Assembly: GCA_036785375.1 (NCBI GenBank)
Contig: JAWMAR010000030.1
Span: 2,480,001 to 2,544,000, forward strand
Reading direction: 5' to 3'
Origin: Leucoraja ocellata
Taxonomy: Eukaryota
DNA length: 64,000 nt
Shown here: in pieces, positions 26,579 through 39,212 of the stretch
Layout of the letters: each line of letters starts with the position of its first letter
Position numbering within the stretch: position 1 is the first letter of the stretch
The notes under the pieces: model-generated
The model's input: only the letters and a program-made list of their open reading frames with translations
What the model was told of the DNA's origin: nothing
Database searches by the model: none
Position numbers and translations under genes: made by a program

Positions 26579-27878
26579 AAATTAAACATTTTATTTTCAG
26601 ACCTCCTTAATCCAGAACCTGTGACGAGCCTGATAATGTACAACTCTAACTGCTTCTGGATGGATGATATATTGTCCAGGACACGGTCTCATTATGTGCA
26701 GTCCTCCACAGCAGATGGGATCATATTTAAATATAAAACATAAAGCCAATGCTACTCATTTCTGATCAATGTATCATTTTTATAACATTTTAGAGTTTTT
26801 GAGTTAGTGACTCTAAGATCAGAATCTTTCAGCTGTGCAACGGTGTAACCCAATGCCTATGAAAGTTACCACTTGCATGAATCAGCATCAATGTAACACT
26901 ACGTCAATGCAAGCCTTTATCTGTGCCATTGTATACCAGCGTGAATCACCGTCCATGCCATCTCTAAACTAAACTAAGCTCTCTCATGTCTGCTCCCTGC
27001 ACAACTGCCAAGTCTCTGCCTCCAAGCAAGCACCCTCTCAGCAGACCTACGTTTCCTGCATGCAATTAGTTGCATTCGAGATGCGCTACTGAGTGAGTGC
27101 GGCTTGGCTGCAAGCACTTAACTTACAAATCTTTGTGACAAGAGCTATTCCCAGAGCTCCACCATCCTGACACAACCCTGGAAATTACTGAGGCTGATGT
27201 TAATAGAAGAACACTTAACTCATTTGTGTGGCAATCTCCCACTTGCTAGCTTAATGGGAAGCACATTGTAAATATTAAGAGGGTCTACTGCTTGTCATCT
27301 GTGGTTCATTGGGTAGCATCGGGGCCAGGTTGTGTTTCAGAAGACATGAGCACATTATCTCGCCTCATGATCCAGTATTGTACATCTGCCGTGCTGCTCT
27401 GCCAGAGATGCTTCCTATCGACAGAGTATTTAACTGGAGTCCCGGCTATCCTCTCGGGTAGATGGATGGACCTGTATTAACAAATGTTTGGAGGTAATTC
27501 TCGCTCGTGATCTGACAATCATAGCTCGACGGTCTACAGCAATAACAGAATGAAGGAAGGAACTGCAGATGCTGGTTTATACCAATGGTCGACACCAAAT
27601 GCTGGAATAACTCAGCAGGTCAGTCAACATCTCTGGAGAAAAAGGATGGGTAGAGAAGGGTTCCGACCTGAAACGTCACCCATTCCTTCTCTCCAGAGAT
27701 GCTGCCTGACCCGCCGAGCTACTCCAGTATTTTGTGTCCACCTTCATCAGTAAAATGGGTGTCCTGGCCACTTTCAAGTTGCTGTATATGAAAGTGGGTG
27801 CTGTAGTTTCTTGGGTAGACACAAAACGCTGGAGTAACTCAGCGGGTCAGGCAGCATCTCTGGAGAGAAGGAATGGGT

Positions 27879-27906
27879 GACGTTTCGGGTCGAGACCCTT
27901 CTTCAG
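27879..27906 (-). ncRNA. Minimal hammerhead-ribozyme-like motif (best-preserved copy)
   Basis: Minus strand reads CUGAAGA-A-GGGU-CUCG-ACCC-GAAA-CGUC. It has the conserved core boxes, a 4-bp stem II and a palindromic ACGU helix III ending in GUC. Activity is not shown. Confidence 0.55.
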
Positions 27907-30900
27907 ACCGATCCCGTTTCTTCACCTATCTCAAAGACACGCAGGTTCGTAACTAAGCAAGACGCCGTATATTGCCCTGAGTATGTAGGTGAGGGGTAAA
28001 GTCTGGGGGAGATGATGAGAATCTGAGAAAATAATATAGGTTAGTGTAGAATCGGCATAAATGGGTGTTTGACAATCAGATTTAACGGGGTGGAAAGCCT
28101 GTTTTCATGTGTGACTGATTCTATGAATCTTGCAGTATTTAAATGAGGTGAGGTGTTCCATTGACACATTGATAGCTCCTCGGGCTATAACATATTCTGG
28201 GTCATCCTCAGATCACCAGTGGTGCCATGTTTAATGTGGAGCTTTTATTAATTAAAATAGTGGAGGATGGCAAATGACTGTGTATGCCACAAGTGTCATT
28301 ATTTGCTGCTCCCATGAAGCAAATAATAGCGAACAATAACAGTAAAAATGGAATAATAACAGAAAAACTGGAAGAACTCAGCCAGGCAAGCAGCAGTTGT
28401 TGAAGGTGAAACCAGTCAACGTTTCAGGTCGCAGATGTCTCCGAGGAGTCTTCACAGTAAATGTGACTTTCATTAAATTTACTGAGCCCTTTGGTTGTAG
28501 CAGCACAGAGCTGTGCAAGATCCTAGAGGATCCCACGGGCGCGTGAGAGAGTGAGGGGGCAGGGGGTTCGTCTAAACTTGTGTAATGTTGAAAAACTTGA
28601 AGGTGGCAGTTCAGTCGCATCAGATTTTCTCATGAAAAATGAATGCAATTTCAGCCACAAATCTAAAATGGTGACCTCCTGTTGTCATCCATAATACTGT
28701 GCCAGGCATTATTCACTTGCCAACAGTCCACAAACTGCAAGAAATACATGGATCTCTATTGTAATTTTCACTTTATTTCAGCACCATACAGTAGCTGGTA
28801 TACAACAGCGACCTCACGTTAAAACGCAACCAGGCCTCTTCCGCTCCTCAGTGGAAGCAAGTCATCGCTAAGAAGAAGAAGTGAAGATGATTCTCAATTA
28901 AGAGCGATGTTTAAGAGAAAGCACTTTCTAAACCCATGAGGGTTTGTGGGTTAATTGGCCTGTACATTGTCCCTAGTGTGTAGGGAGTAGATGAGGAAGG
29001 TGGGATGTCATGGAACAAGTGTGAACGGGTGATGGATGGTCGGAGTGGACCGAGGGGCTTGTGTCCATGCCGTATCTCCAAACTAACAGGACAGCAGGCA
29101 CACGGGAACACCATCAGTAACAGGCTCCCGTTCAAATCACAAACCCCCCCTGAGTTGGAAATATATTGTCATTCATTCATTAGACTGGAGCTCAGCATGT
29201 AACAGCATCTTGAGGCAACTTCCTCATATCGACGGCAGAACTCATGAAGATGCTTCAGCACCACTTTCCCAAAGGGGTGGCCAAGCTTGCAGCGAAGCCC
29301 AAATCCCATGAATGAAAATTAAAAAAGACTACTTTACAGTAAATGTCAATGTTATTTCCAATATCCACTTAGAGGAACAGAAATACTTGCATTGTCTGTC
29401 TGAAGTATCACCAGTGGTGAAGAAAGGCACAAAATGCTGGAGTAACTCAGTCGGGACAGGTAGCATCTCTGGAGAAAAGGAATGGGTGACGTTTCTGATC
29501 GAGACCCTTCTTCAGTGTGAGTTCTGTTCAGTCTCAATGATTGTGGTTGGATAGGTAAAGTAGCCATTTTTTTTTATTATGCAGGAAAAACCCATACCAA
29601 TTATGTAACTGATTTTGCTTCTATGTGAGATTTGTTTCCAGAGAAGGGGAATGGTGTTTACATTGAACATAGAACAGGTCCCCATGCCGAACATGATGCC
29701 ATGTTAAACCAATCTTGTCTGGTGTACCATAGTTGGTACACATGATATAGTCTACATGGTGCCACAGGATATTTAGCATGTCAGGAGTTTACTGTAATAT
29801 CTCATCTTGGACGATGTCTCCAGAGAATGTAGATAATTCATTTCTTGCTGGGAACTGGCAGAAATACTAGAGGCGTATAGGACATTTTAAATAGCAAGTC
29901 ATTGTGAATTGAAATATTTGACCTGAAATGTCAATGGAAGCAGATCCATTTGTCAAAAAACAAGGGGAGAAATATTTTAAAATGTTGTCGAGCTATGAGG
30001 AAGATCTGAGTATTGGGACTGTTGGAGATACTGGCCGATGCTGGTTTACAAAAAAAAAAGCCACAAAGTGCTAGAGTAACTCTGTGGGTCAGGCAGCATC
30101 GCTGGAGAATATAGACAGATGACGTTTCAAGTCGGACCCCTCCTTCAGATTGGGGAAGGGTCCCAACCTGAAACATCACCTGCCCATATTCTCCAGAGAT
30201 GCTGTCTGACCCACTGAGTTACTCCAACACTTTGTGTCTTCATTTAGGGAAATGGGACTGATTGTGGAAAACTCTGACAAATATGAGCTTCCTTCTCCCC
30301 TCCCACAAGTTGGCTGCCGATCCTCAGAAACAATAATATTTGCACTTGTATAGCTCTGTTGGCTCTTGGTTTCTAAATACAATGATTCTTCAAACTAGCA
30401 CTCCCCTGATGCGGTCTCTGATTATGGATTGTTGGATTAGAATTGCAATACCTTGAGAGAAACCCTCCATCTTAACCTCAGAAGAGGTGACCAGTTTGCT
30501 GCTATCACTATTCTCAGTGGCAAACCGGCAGTCGTACACTTGAACCTGGCACTTCCCCAGTGTGTATGTCAAGGTAATTTAAGAGCCAATATATTTGGGA
30601 AGGGAAGGGGATTCTGCCAGTGAATGTATCCTTCTGCAATTGTCCTTCCCTGTTGGGCATCAACGGGTTGTACAGGCTGTCAGGTCCCCGTGGTTGTTCT
30701 CATCTTCATGAGTTGGGCAGTCAGGAGTAATCATTAGTTTTCGTTGCAAATCCATGTCGTATTATTCTTGGACTCCATCATTTGTGGAGCTGATCCTCCA
30801 AGGTCACCTGCGATTTTGCTGCCTCTGCACCAATGCAGCAATCCCTCTACAACAACGTGAAGAAAACCTTTGGATTTCTTAAAATAACGTGCGCTAAAGG

Positions 30901-31785
30901 GCACAGCAGTGCTTTGTTCCCCACTGCCACCGGGGTCTGATGTTTTGGAAATGTGCCGCAGGCAAGCAGCTGTGCCTGTTGTTGCCGCCCCCATTGTCTC
31001 GGCCACTTCCATAGCAACGGGGTTGTACAGGCTCAACGCCACAAGCAGAGGCTCGATCTCAGCTGAAGCTGCAGCGAGCGACTCCCTAAACTCACACGAA
31101 GGAACGGACAACACTTTGGTGTTTTCACAATCTGGTGTCCTGAGAATGAACACAATTTCAGCCACGCATCTAAAATGGTGATCGCCTGGTGCCATTCACA
31201 ATGCTGTGCCAGGCGCTATTCACATGGTAACATGCGTGGATCTTCATTGCAATTTTCAGCACCATAAATACAGTGACTGAAATACGACAGCTACCCCACG
31301 TTAAAACACATGTATACAGGCTCCTTCCGCTCCTCAGTGGAAGCAAGGCATTCTCAATCCCAATGGAAAAGACGAGAAGATGGTTCCAAGGAGCCTTGTG
31401 ATGTGTGATGATGTTGTATTGTAGGAAACGCTGCAACCAATTCACAGCAAACTCCCCTTAACAAGAACGGGCTAAATGCTCAGATTCCACCATTGTCTTG
31501 CCCACATCACCACCCCGTCAGATTCTATCTCCACCCTTCTCCCCTCCTTCTGACTCATCTGCAAAATACCACAGGTGGAGAATAAAATACAGATGCTGGA
31601 AGCTTGAAATAAGGACAAAAGGTGCTGGAGATGTGTCTGGCTAGTTGTTTTACACAGAGGGTGGTGGGTGCCTCGAATGCACTGCCATGGTTGTGGTGGT
31701 GGTGGCGGTAGATGCAATAGTGGTGTTTAAGAGGCTTTTGGAAAGGCACATGGATAAGCAGGGAATCGGGGGGCATAGATCGTGT

Positions 31786-32280
31786 AGTTTAGAGACACAG
31801 CACGGAAACAGGCCCTTCGGCCCACCAGGTCCGTGCCGACCAGCGATCACCCCGCACATGGACACCATCCTACACACACTAGGGACAATTTTTACATTTA
31901 CCAAGCCAATTAACCTACAAACCTGTACGTCTTTGGAGGGTGGGAGGAAACCGAAGATCTCGGAGAAAACCCACGCAGGTCACGGGGAGAACGTACAAAC
32001 TCCATACATACAGCACCCGTATTCGGGATCGAACCCGGTTTTGCGTGCTTTCTCTGTGGAGTTTTCACATTCTCCCTGTGAGTGAGTGGGTTTCCTCCAG
32101 TTTCCTCCCACATCCCAAAGATGGGCGGGTTTGTAAATTGATTGGCGTCTGTAAATTGTCCCTGGTGTGTAGGGATTGGATGAGAAAAGGAGGGATAACA
32201 TCGAACTAGTGTGAATGGGGGATTGGTGGTCGGCATGGATTCAGTGGGCCGAAAGGCCTGTTTCCTTGTCGTATCTATCA
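31786..32280. mobile_element. Two V-SINE copies in inverted (divergent) arrangement
   Basis: A minus copy at about 31786-32040 abuts a plus copy at about 32050-32280. Confidence 0.7.
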
Positions 32281-33552
32281 ATGATGTAATGATTCAATCA
32301 TGGGGGAATAGACTGGGTGAATGCACAGAGAGTTTTACCCAGGGGAAGGGAATCAAATTACATGGGTTTAAGGTGAGAGGGGCAAGATTTAATAGGAAGC
32401 TAAGGGGCAACATTTTCACTCAGAGGGAGACTATTGTGCTGCAGCAAGTAAGAATTTAATTGTCCTATCTGGAACATACGACAATAGAACACTCTTGACT
32501 CTTTGAGTATATGGAATGAACTGCCAGAGGAGGTAGTTGAGGCTGGTACTATAACAGCATTTAAAAGACACTTGGATATGTACATGGATAAGAAAGGTTT
32601 AGAGGGATATGGTGGGCAGGTGGGACTAGTGTAGGGATGCATCTTGTTCATGGACGAGTTAGCCAAAGGGCCTGATTCCGTGTTGTATAACTATGATTCA
32701 ATATATACCAGCAGTACTTCATTGATTGTAAAGAGCTCCAGGATTTCCTGAAAGGAATGTGAAGAGCACAGCAGGTAAACCTGCACCGATGGCTAAAACA
32801 AGAGCTTTACAGGCAAGATGAACTCTGAAACCTCCTCAGATGGTCGCAACAGGGGGTATTTTCAAACACAGAGGAGGTAGTTGAGGCTGGGATTATTTCA
32901 ACGTTTAAGAAACAGTTAGACAGGTATATGGATAGGACAAGTTTGGAGGGATATGGACCAAACGCAGGCTGGTGGGATTAGTGCAGCTGGGACATGTGTG
33001 GGTAAGTTGGACTGAAGGGCCTGTTTCCACACTGTATCACTCTCATGACTCTATAACTATGACACACCTCCGCCTCCAGAATTTATCTTGCGTCACAGTG
33101 AGCCTTGGTGGGCCGGTGAGTGCCCCCCGAAGTCAGCGTTGCAGTTCCAGAGGCAGCTGACGTGGCCGGCATCTCCCATTGATCCGGGCTCCTGTGACAA
33201 TCAGCGTGCAGCAACAGCATTGCACACAGCAGCTAATTACTTTTCTTCAACCACATTAGTGTCTGCACCTAATTGTCTGTAATACTGCTGCAGGAGATTT
33301 AATTAAATTGTCTTTCACCTGCATAAATTTGCAATTTTCAATACCATTGAGTTAAATTGTTTTTGAACAATGTACTCTCCCACAGGCCACAGCCATCTAA
33401 TCATTTGCTTTCATGTGACACAAGGTGCTTACCAAGGAGCCAGAGGGCCATATTTGATTATTAAATCTGTGTTTGCGTTAATTCCTGTGTATCCCACACA
33501 CCTCACACTAACATACCTTGATGTTTTCACAGATAGACAGACACACAGTGCT

Positions 33553-33742
33553 GGGTTAGCCCAGCAGGTCAGGGTTAGCCCAGCAGGTCAGGGTTAGCCC
33601 AGCAGGTCAGGGTTAGCCCAGCAGGTCAGGGTTAGCCCAGCAGGTCAGGGTTAGCCCAGCAGGTCGGGGTTAGCCCAGCAGGTCAGGGTTAGCCCAGCAG
33701 GTCAGGGTTAGCCCAGCAGGTCAGGGCTAGCCCAGCAGATCA
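33553..33742 (+). repeat. 19-bp minisatellite, 10 copies, inside a Penelope-derived hairpin arm
   Basis: (GGGTTAGCCCAGCAGGTCA)x10 with few variants. Confidence 0.95.
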
Positions 33743-34589
33743 GGCAGCATCTCTGGAGAAAACGGAATAGATGACGTTTTGTGTCAGAACCTTCGTCAGA
33801 CGTCTGAAGAAGGATTCCGACCCAGAATGTCACCTATTCCTTTTTTCCTTTTAATCCAGAGATGCTGCCTGACCCGCTGGGCTACTCCAGCTCTGTGTGT
33901 GTCTGTATTCCGTATGAACCAGCATCTGCAGTTCCTTCCTAAACCCTTGATGTTTTCACTGCAGTTGACGGAAGGAAAGTTCCAACATATTCCACAGTAC
34001 ATTTTGGAGTGTAATCAATGTTGTTCTGCAGGAAATGGAGCCAATAATTTATGAGTAGGAAACTCTCACAGTAAGAAGTCAGATAATGAAGAAGGGTCCT
34101 GACCCGAATCTCCGCTAGTCCATTCCTCCCACCGATGCTGCCTCATCCGCTGAGTTCCTCCAGCACTCTGTGTCTAGATTCCAACGTCTGCAGTTACTTG
34201 TGTCTCTCATCAGGTAATGTAGTGATGTTGGCTGAGCTTTCAATAGTTCAGAATATTAGCAAGTATTCCCACACTCTTATGGAACAATTGAACCCATTGT
34301 GTGTGTAGGATAGTGTTAGTGTGCGGGATTCGCTGGTTGGCGCATACCCGGTGGGCCGAAGGGCCTGTTTCTGCGTTGTATCTCCAAACTAAACTAGCGA
34401 TTGATGTAGATCGAATGGCTCATTGAGTCTGTACTTGCACTTTGTAAAGCAGTCTTGATAGTTCCAACCTTGTTTATTTTTCCCCAAGGGAAACTGTTGC
34501 ATTCATCAGTGAAGGGAGACAAGGCTTTGAGACGAGAGTCTCATTTGAAGACTTATTTGGAAGTCTTTCCCTCTGGCTCTTCGGCACAT

Positions 34590-34965
34590 CTTGGCATTGG
34601 CTTCTCTAGAGGTTGTGAGTTCAAGACCCACTCCTAGACTTGAGGATAGAAGTCAGGCCTCCAGTGCTGCTCTTGCTGAGGGTGTTACCATCTGGGTGAA
34701 ATATTATTTACCAACACGAGTGGCTGTAAAAATCCCCATGCCAACATTTCAGGAAAGAGCAGAGGAGTGTAGCGATGAATGCTATCCATTAATCAACATC
34801 ACCAAAACGATATTTAATCATTATTACTCTTTTATTTGTGCATAAATTGTTGTGACGAGCTCTCCCCATTACTAATTGTCTGAAACCTTGCCACAGGAAA
34901 TCTAATTAGCTCATTGGCTGTGATACCGTTTGGAAAGTTGCTATGTATACGCAAGTCTCTTTTCC
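34590..34965 (+). mobile_element. Ancient DeuSINE (SacSINE1-like) remnant
   Basis: Decayed similarity to the recalled Deu-domain consensus: tgtaaaaatccccatgccaacatttcaggaaagagcagaggag..caacatcaccaaaac..tcattggctgtga. Confidence 0.45.
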
Positions 34966-37900
34966 AATAGTGTGGCGGAGTTTCCCCCTCAATCACTGTC
35001 AGAAATCCATTGAATTCTGGCCCTTCCAGTTCACAAGTGATGGATTACGCGGTGAGCCAAGGCTGAGATCCAGATACTGACGATCTGATTAACTCGCTAA
35101 TAAAACCACCGCAGTTAAAATCCCACCCTCGTCTCCAGAAAATAGAGACTTGGCATGGCAGCAAGTGGGATTAAAGGTGCAGCAAGCCAAGCACGAGGTG
35201 GAGAGGCAAAGATAGATCAGATGGTCCGAAGAAGGTTCTCCACCCGAAAGGTCACCTATTCCTTTTCTTCAGAGATGCTGCCTGACCCACAGAGTTACTC
35301 CAGTGTGTCTATCCTCAGATGGCTGATACATGCCTAGCAACAACAAAGGGATCTCCATACCACCTTCATTAATGCTTGTGAGGAACTTCTCCCTGGGGTT
35401 TGCGAGGTACCTGGGTTTTCAGGCAGCTAAGATTGGAGACATCTCAATGTTAATGGCCATACTCCAGATTTGTCTTCCACCTTGGAAGGAAATGCATTGC
35501 AACATGCATCAACGCTATAGAGAGATTATACCAGATCATGCAAAAGCAAACACCCAGTTCTCACTGCTGCTTTGGGATTCACATTTACGTAATCCTGGGC
35601 AGAATTGCCATTTCTCTCAAAGTGTGGAAGGGCTCACCAGAATCTTCAAATTCCCTTTAACTTTCGACGTGCCCCTGTGAGCTATTCCTCCACAACCAGT
35701 GGAAGAAACTGAGCCAAAGAATATCCAGAGTGTGAAATCTCCCTTCAATTCTTGGCGACACCACACTTTGTTACTATTGACCAAACCTATTGGGGATAGA
35801 ATGGTTTTGTTTTGAATACTGCAAATCTGAAATAAAACCAAGAATGTTGGAAACACTCAGCAGATCAGACAGCATCTATGGAACGAGAAACAAAGTTAAC
35901 ATTTCAGGTTGATGATGAAGGGTCTCAGACTATTAAACCATTAAACTATTTCTCCTTCCGCAGATGCTGCCCAGCCTGCTGAGTGTTTCCACATATTTTT
36001 AGTTTGAGAAACGACCCTAGTAATTTAAGGGAGAATCTTTTTTTTTTAAGACAAAAGAAGATACTTGATGCTCATTCCCTTGAGAAATTAAATTCTAAGT
36101 CATGACCAGTGTTAAATGTCATAGGCACACATTACTCGATATCTCAATGCACACCACATCTAATGAGTTACTGTAAGGCGCAATTCCTTCAGCTTTGAGC
36201 AGTCACTGCATCCATTCTGGCCACAGCTAGAACCTAGAATAAATAAACAGGGGAGTGGTCAGTTAGGCTACTTTTTGTGGACTTGATTGTCCAAGCAATG
36301 GTGACCCTCAAGAAGTGAGAAGAAATTCAGCTCTACACAAAGTGGTGGAGAGACTCAGTGGATCAGGCAGCGTCTGTGGAGGGAGTGAACCGGCGATGTT
36401 CGGCTTGAGGGATCTTCTTCAGACGGGTGGTCAAGATTCTAGTCAGTCAATCAATCTGAAGAAGTGTCCCGTCCTGAAACGTCACCTGTCCATTCCCTCC
36501 GCAGATGCAGCCTGACCACTGAGTTCCTCCAACACTTTGTGTTTGTTCAAGATTCCAGCCTCTGCAGTTCCTTTTATCACTGCTAATTAAACTCCTGTGA
36601 TAGTTCAGTTACGGACAATGGCAATTATCAGACCGAGAAGACATAAATGAAATCACCATCGCTCTTGCGGTTGGAGGCTGCTGTTCAACCATTACTTTAA
36701 TGGTCAGTTTATTGGCGATTTCGTAAGCGTTTCTATATTAATAATTGAAGATCTCCTTGACCTTGGTTATGCTCAAGAGGAACGCTCTGCCTGATTGTAT
36801 GGCTTACAGCTCAAGGTGAAAGCAACACTAGTTTAAAACAGAACGAGACCTGGCTTCTTCATCAAAGATTAATTTCCAAAGTCTATTTCTTGTGGCTCCC
36901 TGCTGATGCGCAGAGCAGTGACATCAAGCCACATCAGGCAGGAACACTCCAGCCTTCTGTTATGGAAGTAGATGCATTTTATTTAATGGTCTGGGCACCT
37001 CGAGTGTGAAATGAGGAAGGTTGTTCTCTCATGCGGGTGGTTTGCAAACCCAGAGAACCTGTAGCTGCACAAGCAAGTGACTATAATTGTCAAGATTATC
37101 AAGTCATGAGTAGGGGGAGACATAATCTGCTTCGAAGTAAATGGCGGGACAGGTATGAGGGGCAGAATGGCCTACTGACTGACTGGATAGCACACAAAAA
37201 AAAAGCTTTTCACTGTACCTCAGTACATGTGACAATAGTAAACAAAACTAACTTGAAGAGCCATCGCAATATTAGATCTAAGCTACTTCGGATTGAAGCC
37301 AGGAAGAGGTGGATTCTCTCCCTGAAAGGTTTCCGGGGAATGCTGGGGCACTGAAGAGTGAGTAGATAGGTTTTTGCCAGGTGAATGTGGATTAATTGGG
37401 ATAGAATTGAATGGTGGAGAAGGGTTAGCAGTAGGGCTGAGGGACTGAATGGCCTCCTGATTCATAATCTGATCGAGGCTCTGGCAACAAGCATGATGAT
37501 GGCATATAGTTTGATTCACATGAATGGAATTGAATAGATCTTAAATATAATTCCAGAGGACAAAATCCACCCACAGCAAACTATGTGGCATTTTTTTGTA
37601 TGGATGACATTGTTTTTTTACCACATGCAGACTGATGAAATCGTTGTGATCTCGTTGCAACTTTACCTTATTTTGTTCCGTTCCCCCGTCTATTGAACCA
37701 ACCCTGGCCAAGCTTCTGCGGGGCCTGAACTTGCCACCACAGGGCTCCTGCCTGAAGGCAAGAGAGTTACTCATCTGCCCAAGGCTCCTTGTTCTAGTCA
37801 TAGACAGACAGGGAGATGGGCCGTTCCCCCCATCTAATCCACACCAACCCGCCAGCACCCCTTCATGCAAATCATAGTTTCATTCTTTCGAATATCCAAT

Positions 37901-38425
37901 GTAAATTCCCTCCAGATTCTGCCACACACACGCGCACTTCAGCCGGTGAATCCACCAACCTGCACGTATGTGACAAGAGGGAGGAGTCTGGAACACCCTG
38001 CTATCACAGGGAGAACTTAACCAATTCTGTACAGGCGGCAGCAGAGGTCAGGATTGAACCGGGGTCACTAGGGCTGTGAGGCAGCAGCTCTACTGGCTGC
38101 AGCACGGTGCAGTCTCATGTCCTCGACAGAGGAGTGGATGGCCTCCTCTCATATGGTCCAGGCACCTCCTCGGCAACAAGGTGTTGTTTAACGCCAGCCT
38201 GTGCTAGTGTGTCCGTGCTTGCTGCAGAGCCAAGTCTAGATCTTGACCCGTTGAAGGTCAGGCCGCAGTTTGGTCCTCCACTCTCATGGGCACTTCACTC
38301 TCAAGTGGCACAAGTGTGGGCTTTCGTGCTTCAAAGGGATAATTTCCTATGAGATTGGGTTCTGGTCCTGGTTTGCATTGAATGGATTACTGATACAGTG
38401 TTTGGTTTAGTGTCAATTTATTTCA

Positions 38426-38508
38426 CACTAACATACTAATTGCATTTTTTTTCCATTTTTCTTTCCCATGCTCTCTCTCTCGCTCTCTCCATCTCGGTTG
38501 CTCCTCAG
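38426..38508 (+). promoter_or_regulatory. Microexon 3' splice-site region: branch-point-like motifs, pyrimidine tract and UGC
   Basis: CACTAAC (38426-38432) and TACTAAT (38434-38440), a CT-rich tract, and TGC at 38499-38501 just upstream of the AG. Confidence 0.6.
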
Positions 38509-38517
38509 GAAGTGGAG
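38509..38517 (+). CDS. SPOCK2: 9-nt microexon encoding EVE
   Basis: Long pyrimidine tract, then ctcctcAG|GAAGTGGAG|GTTAGT. Phase 0/0. It gives ..NRFRD-EVE-DDYI.., as recalled for SPOCK2/3. Confidence 0.88.
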
Positions 38518-38598
38518 GTTAGTAGTAGTTTTATTTTCTACATCGTTGAATTTGGGGTTACCATTGACTCATTGATGTTTATTATAAATACTCCGGCA

Positions 38599-38918
38599 TT
38601 TAGTTTAGTTTAGAGATCCAGCTCGGAAACAGGCCCTTCGGCCCACCGGGTCCGTGCCGACCAGCGATCCCCGCACATTAACACTATCCTACACCCACCA
38701 GGGACAATTTTTACATTTACCAAGCCAATCAACCTACAAACCTGTGCGTCTTTGGAGTGTGGGAGGAAACCGAAGATCTCGGAGAAAACCCACGCAGGTC
38801 ACGGGGAGAACGTACAAAACTCCGTACAAGCAGCACCCGTAGCCGGGATCGAACCTGGGTCTCTGGCACTGCATTCGCTGTAAGGCAGCAACTCTACCGC
38901 TGCACCACCGTGACTGCC
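38599..38918 (-). mobile_element. Full-length V-SINE about 80 nt downstream of the microexon
   Basis: (tttag)n tail, V-domain and head on the minus strand. Confidence 0.85.
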
Positions 38919-39212
38919 TGGTATCTTGCCGGTTCATTTATCATATTTATAGGCCCTGTTTTATTTAGATTATCTGTTATTTCTTTCGATTACCTATTAG
39001 TTTGATAATTTGTTCCATTAAAAATACTAAATATAATGTAGCAGAAGGGAGAAATGGAACCTGATTTAGATTTAATATCAAAATGGAGACATTTGAAAGA
39101 ATTGCATATTTAATATTTTCATAGAAGCAGGTCATTTAGCCCATCAAGTCGCAGAGAAATGCCATCAGTCTAATTCCACGACCTTTTTCCTGTAATCTAT
39201 CCTATCTCAAAG

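Noticed and set aside
30734-31195. 153-aa minus-strand ORF as a nested gene
   Set aside because: No recognisable domain or convincing splice structure. The paralogous block at 28.6 kb has no matching ORF.
28778-31275. TTCAGCACC half-sites as REST/NRSE elements
   Set aside because: The GGACAG right half is absent at canonical spacing.
33553-33742. CRISPR-like array
   Set aside because: The units are head-to-tail with no unique spacers, and the context is vertebrate.
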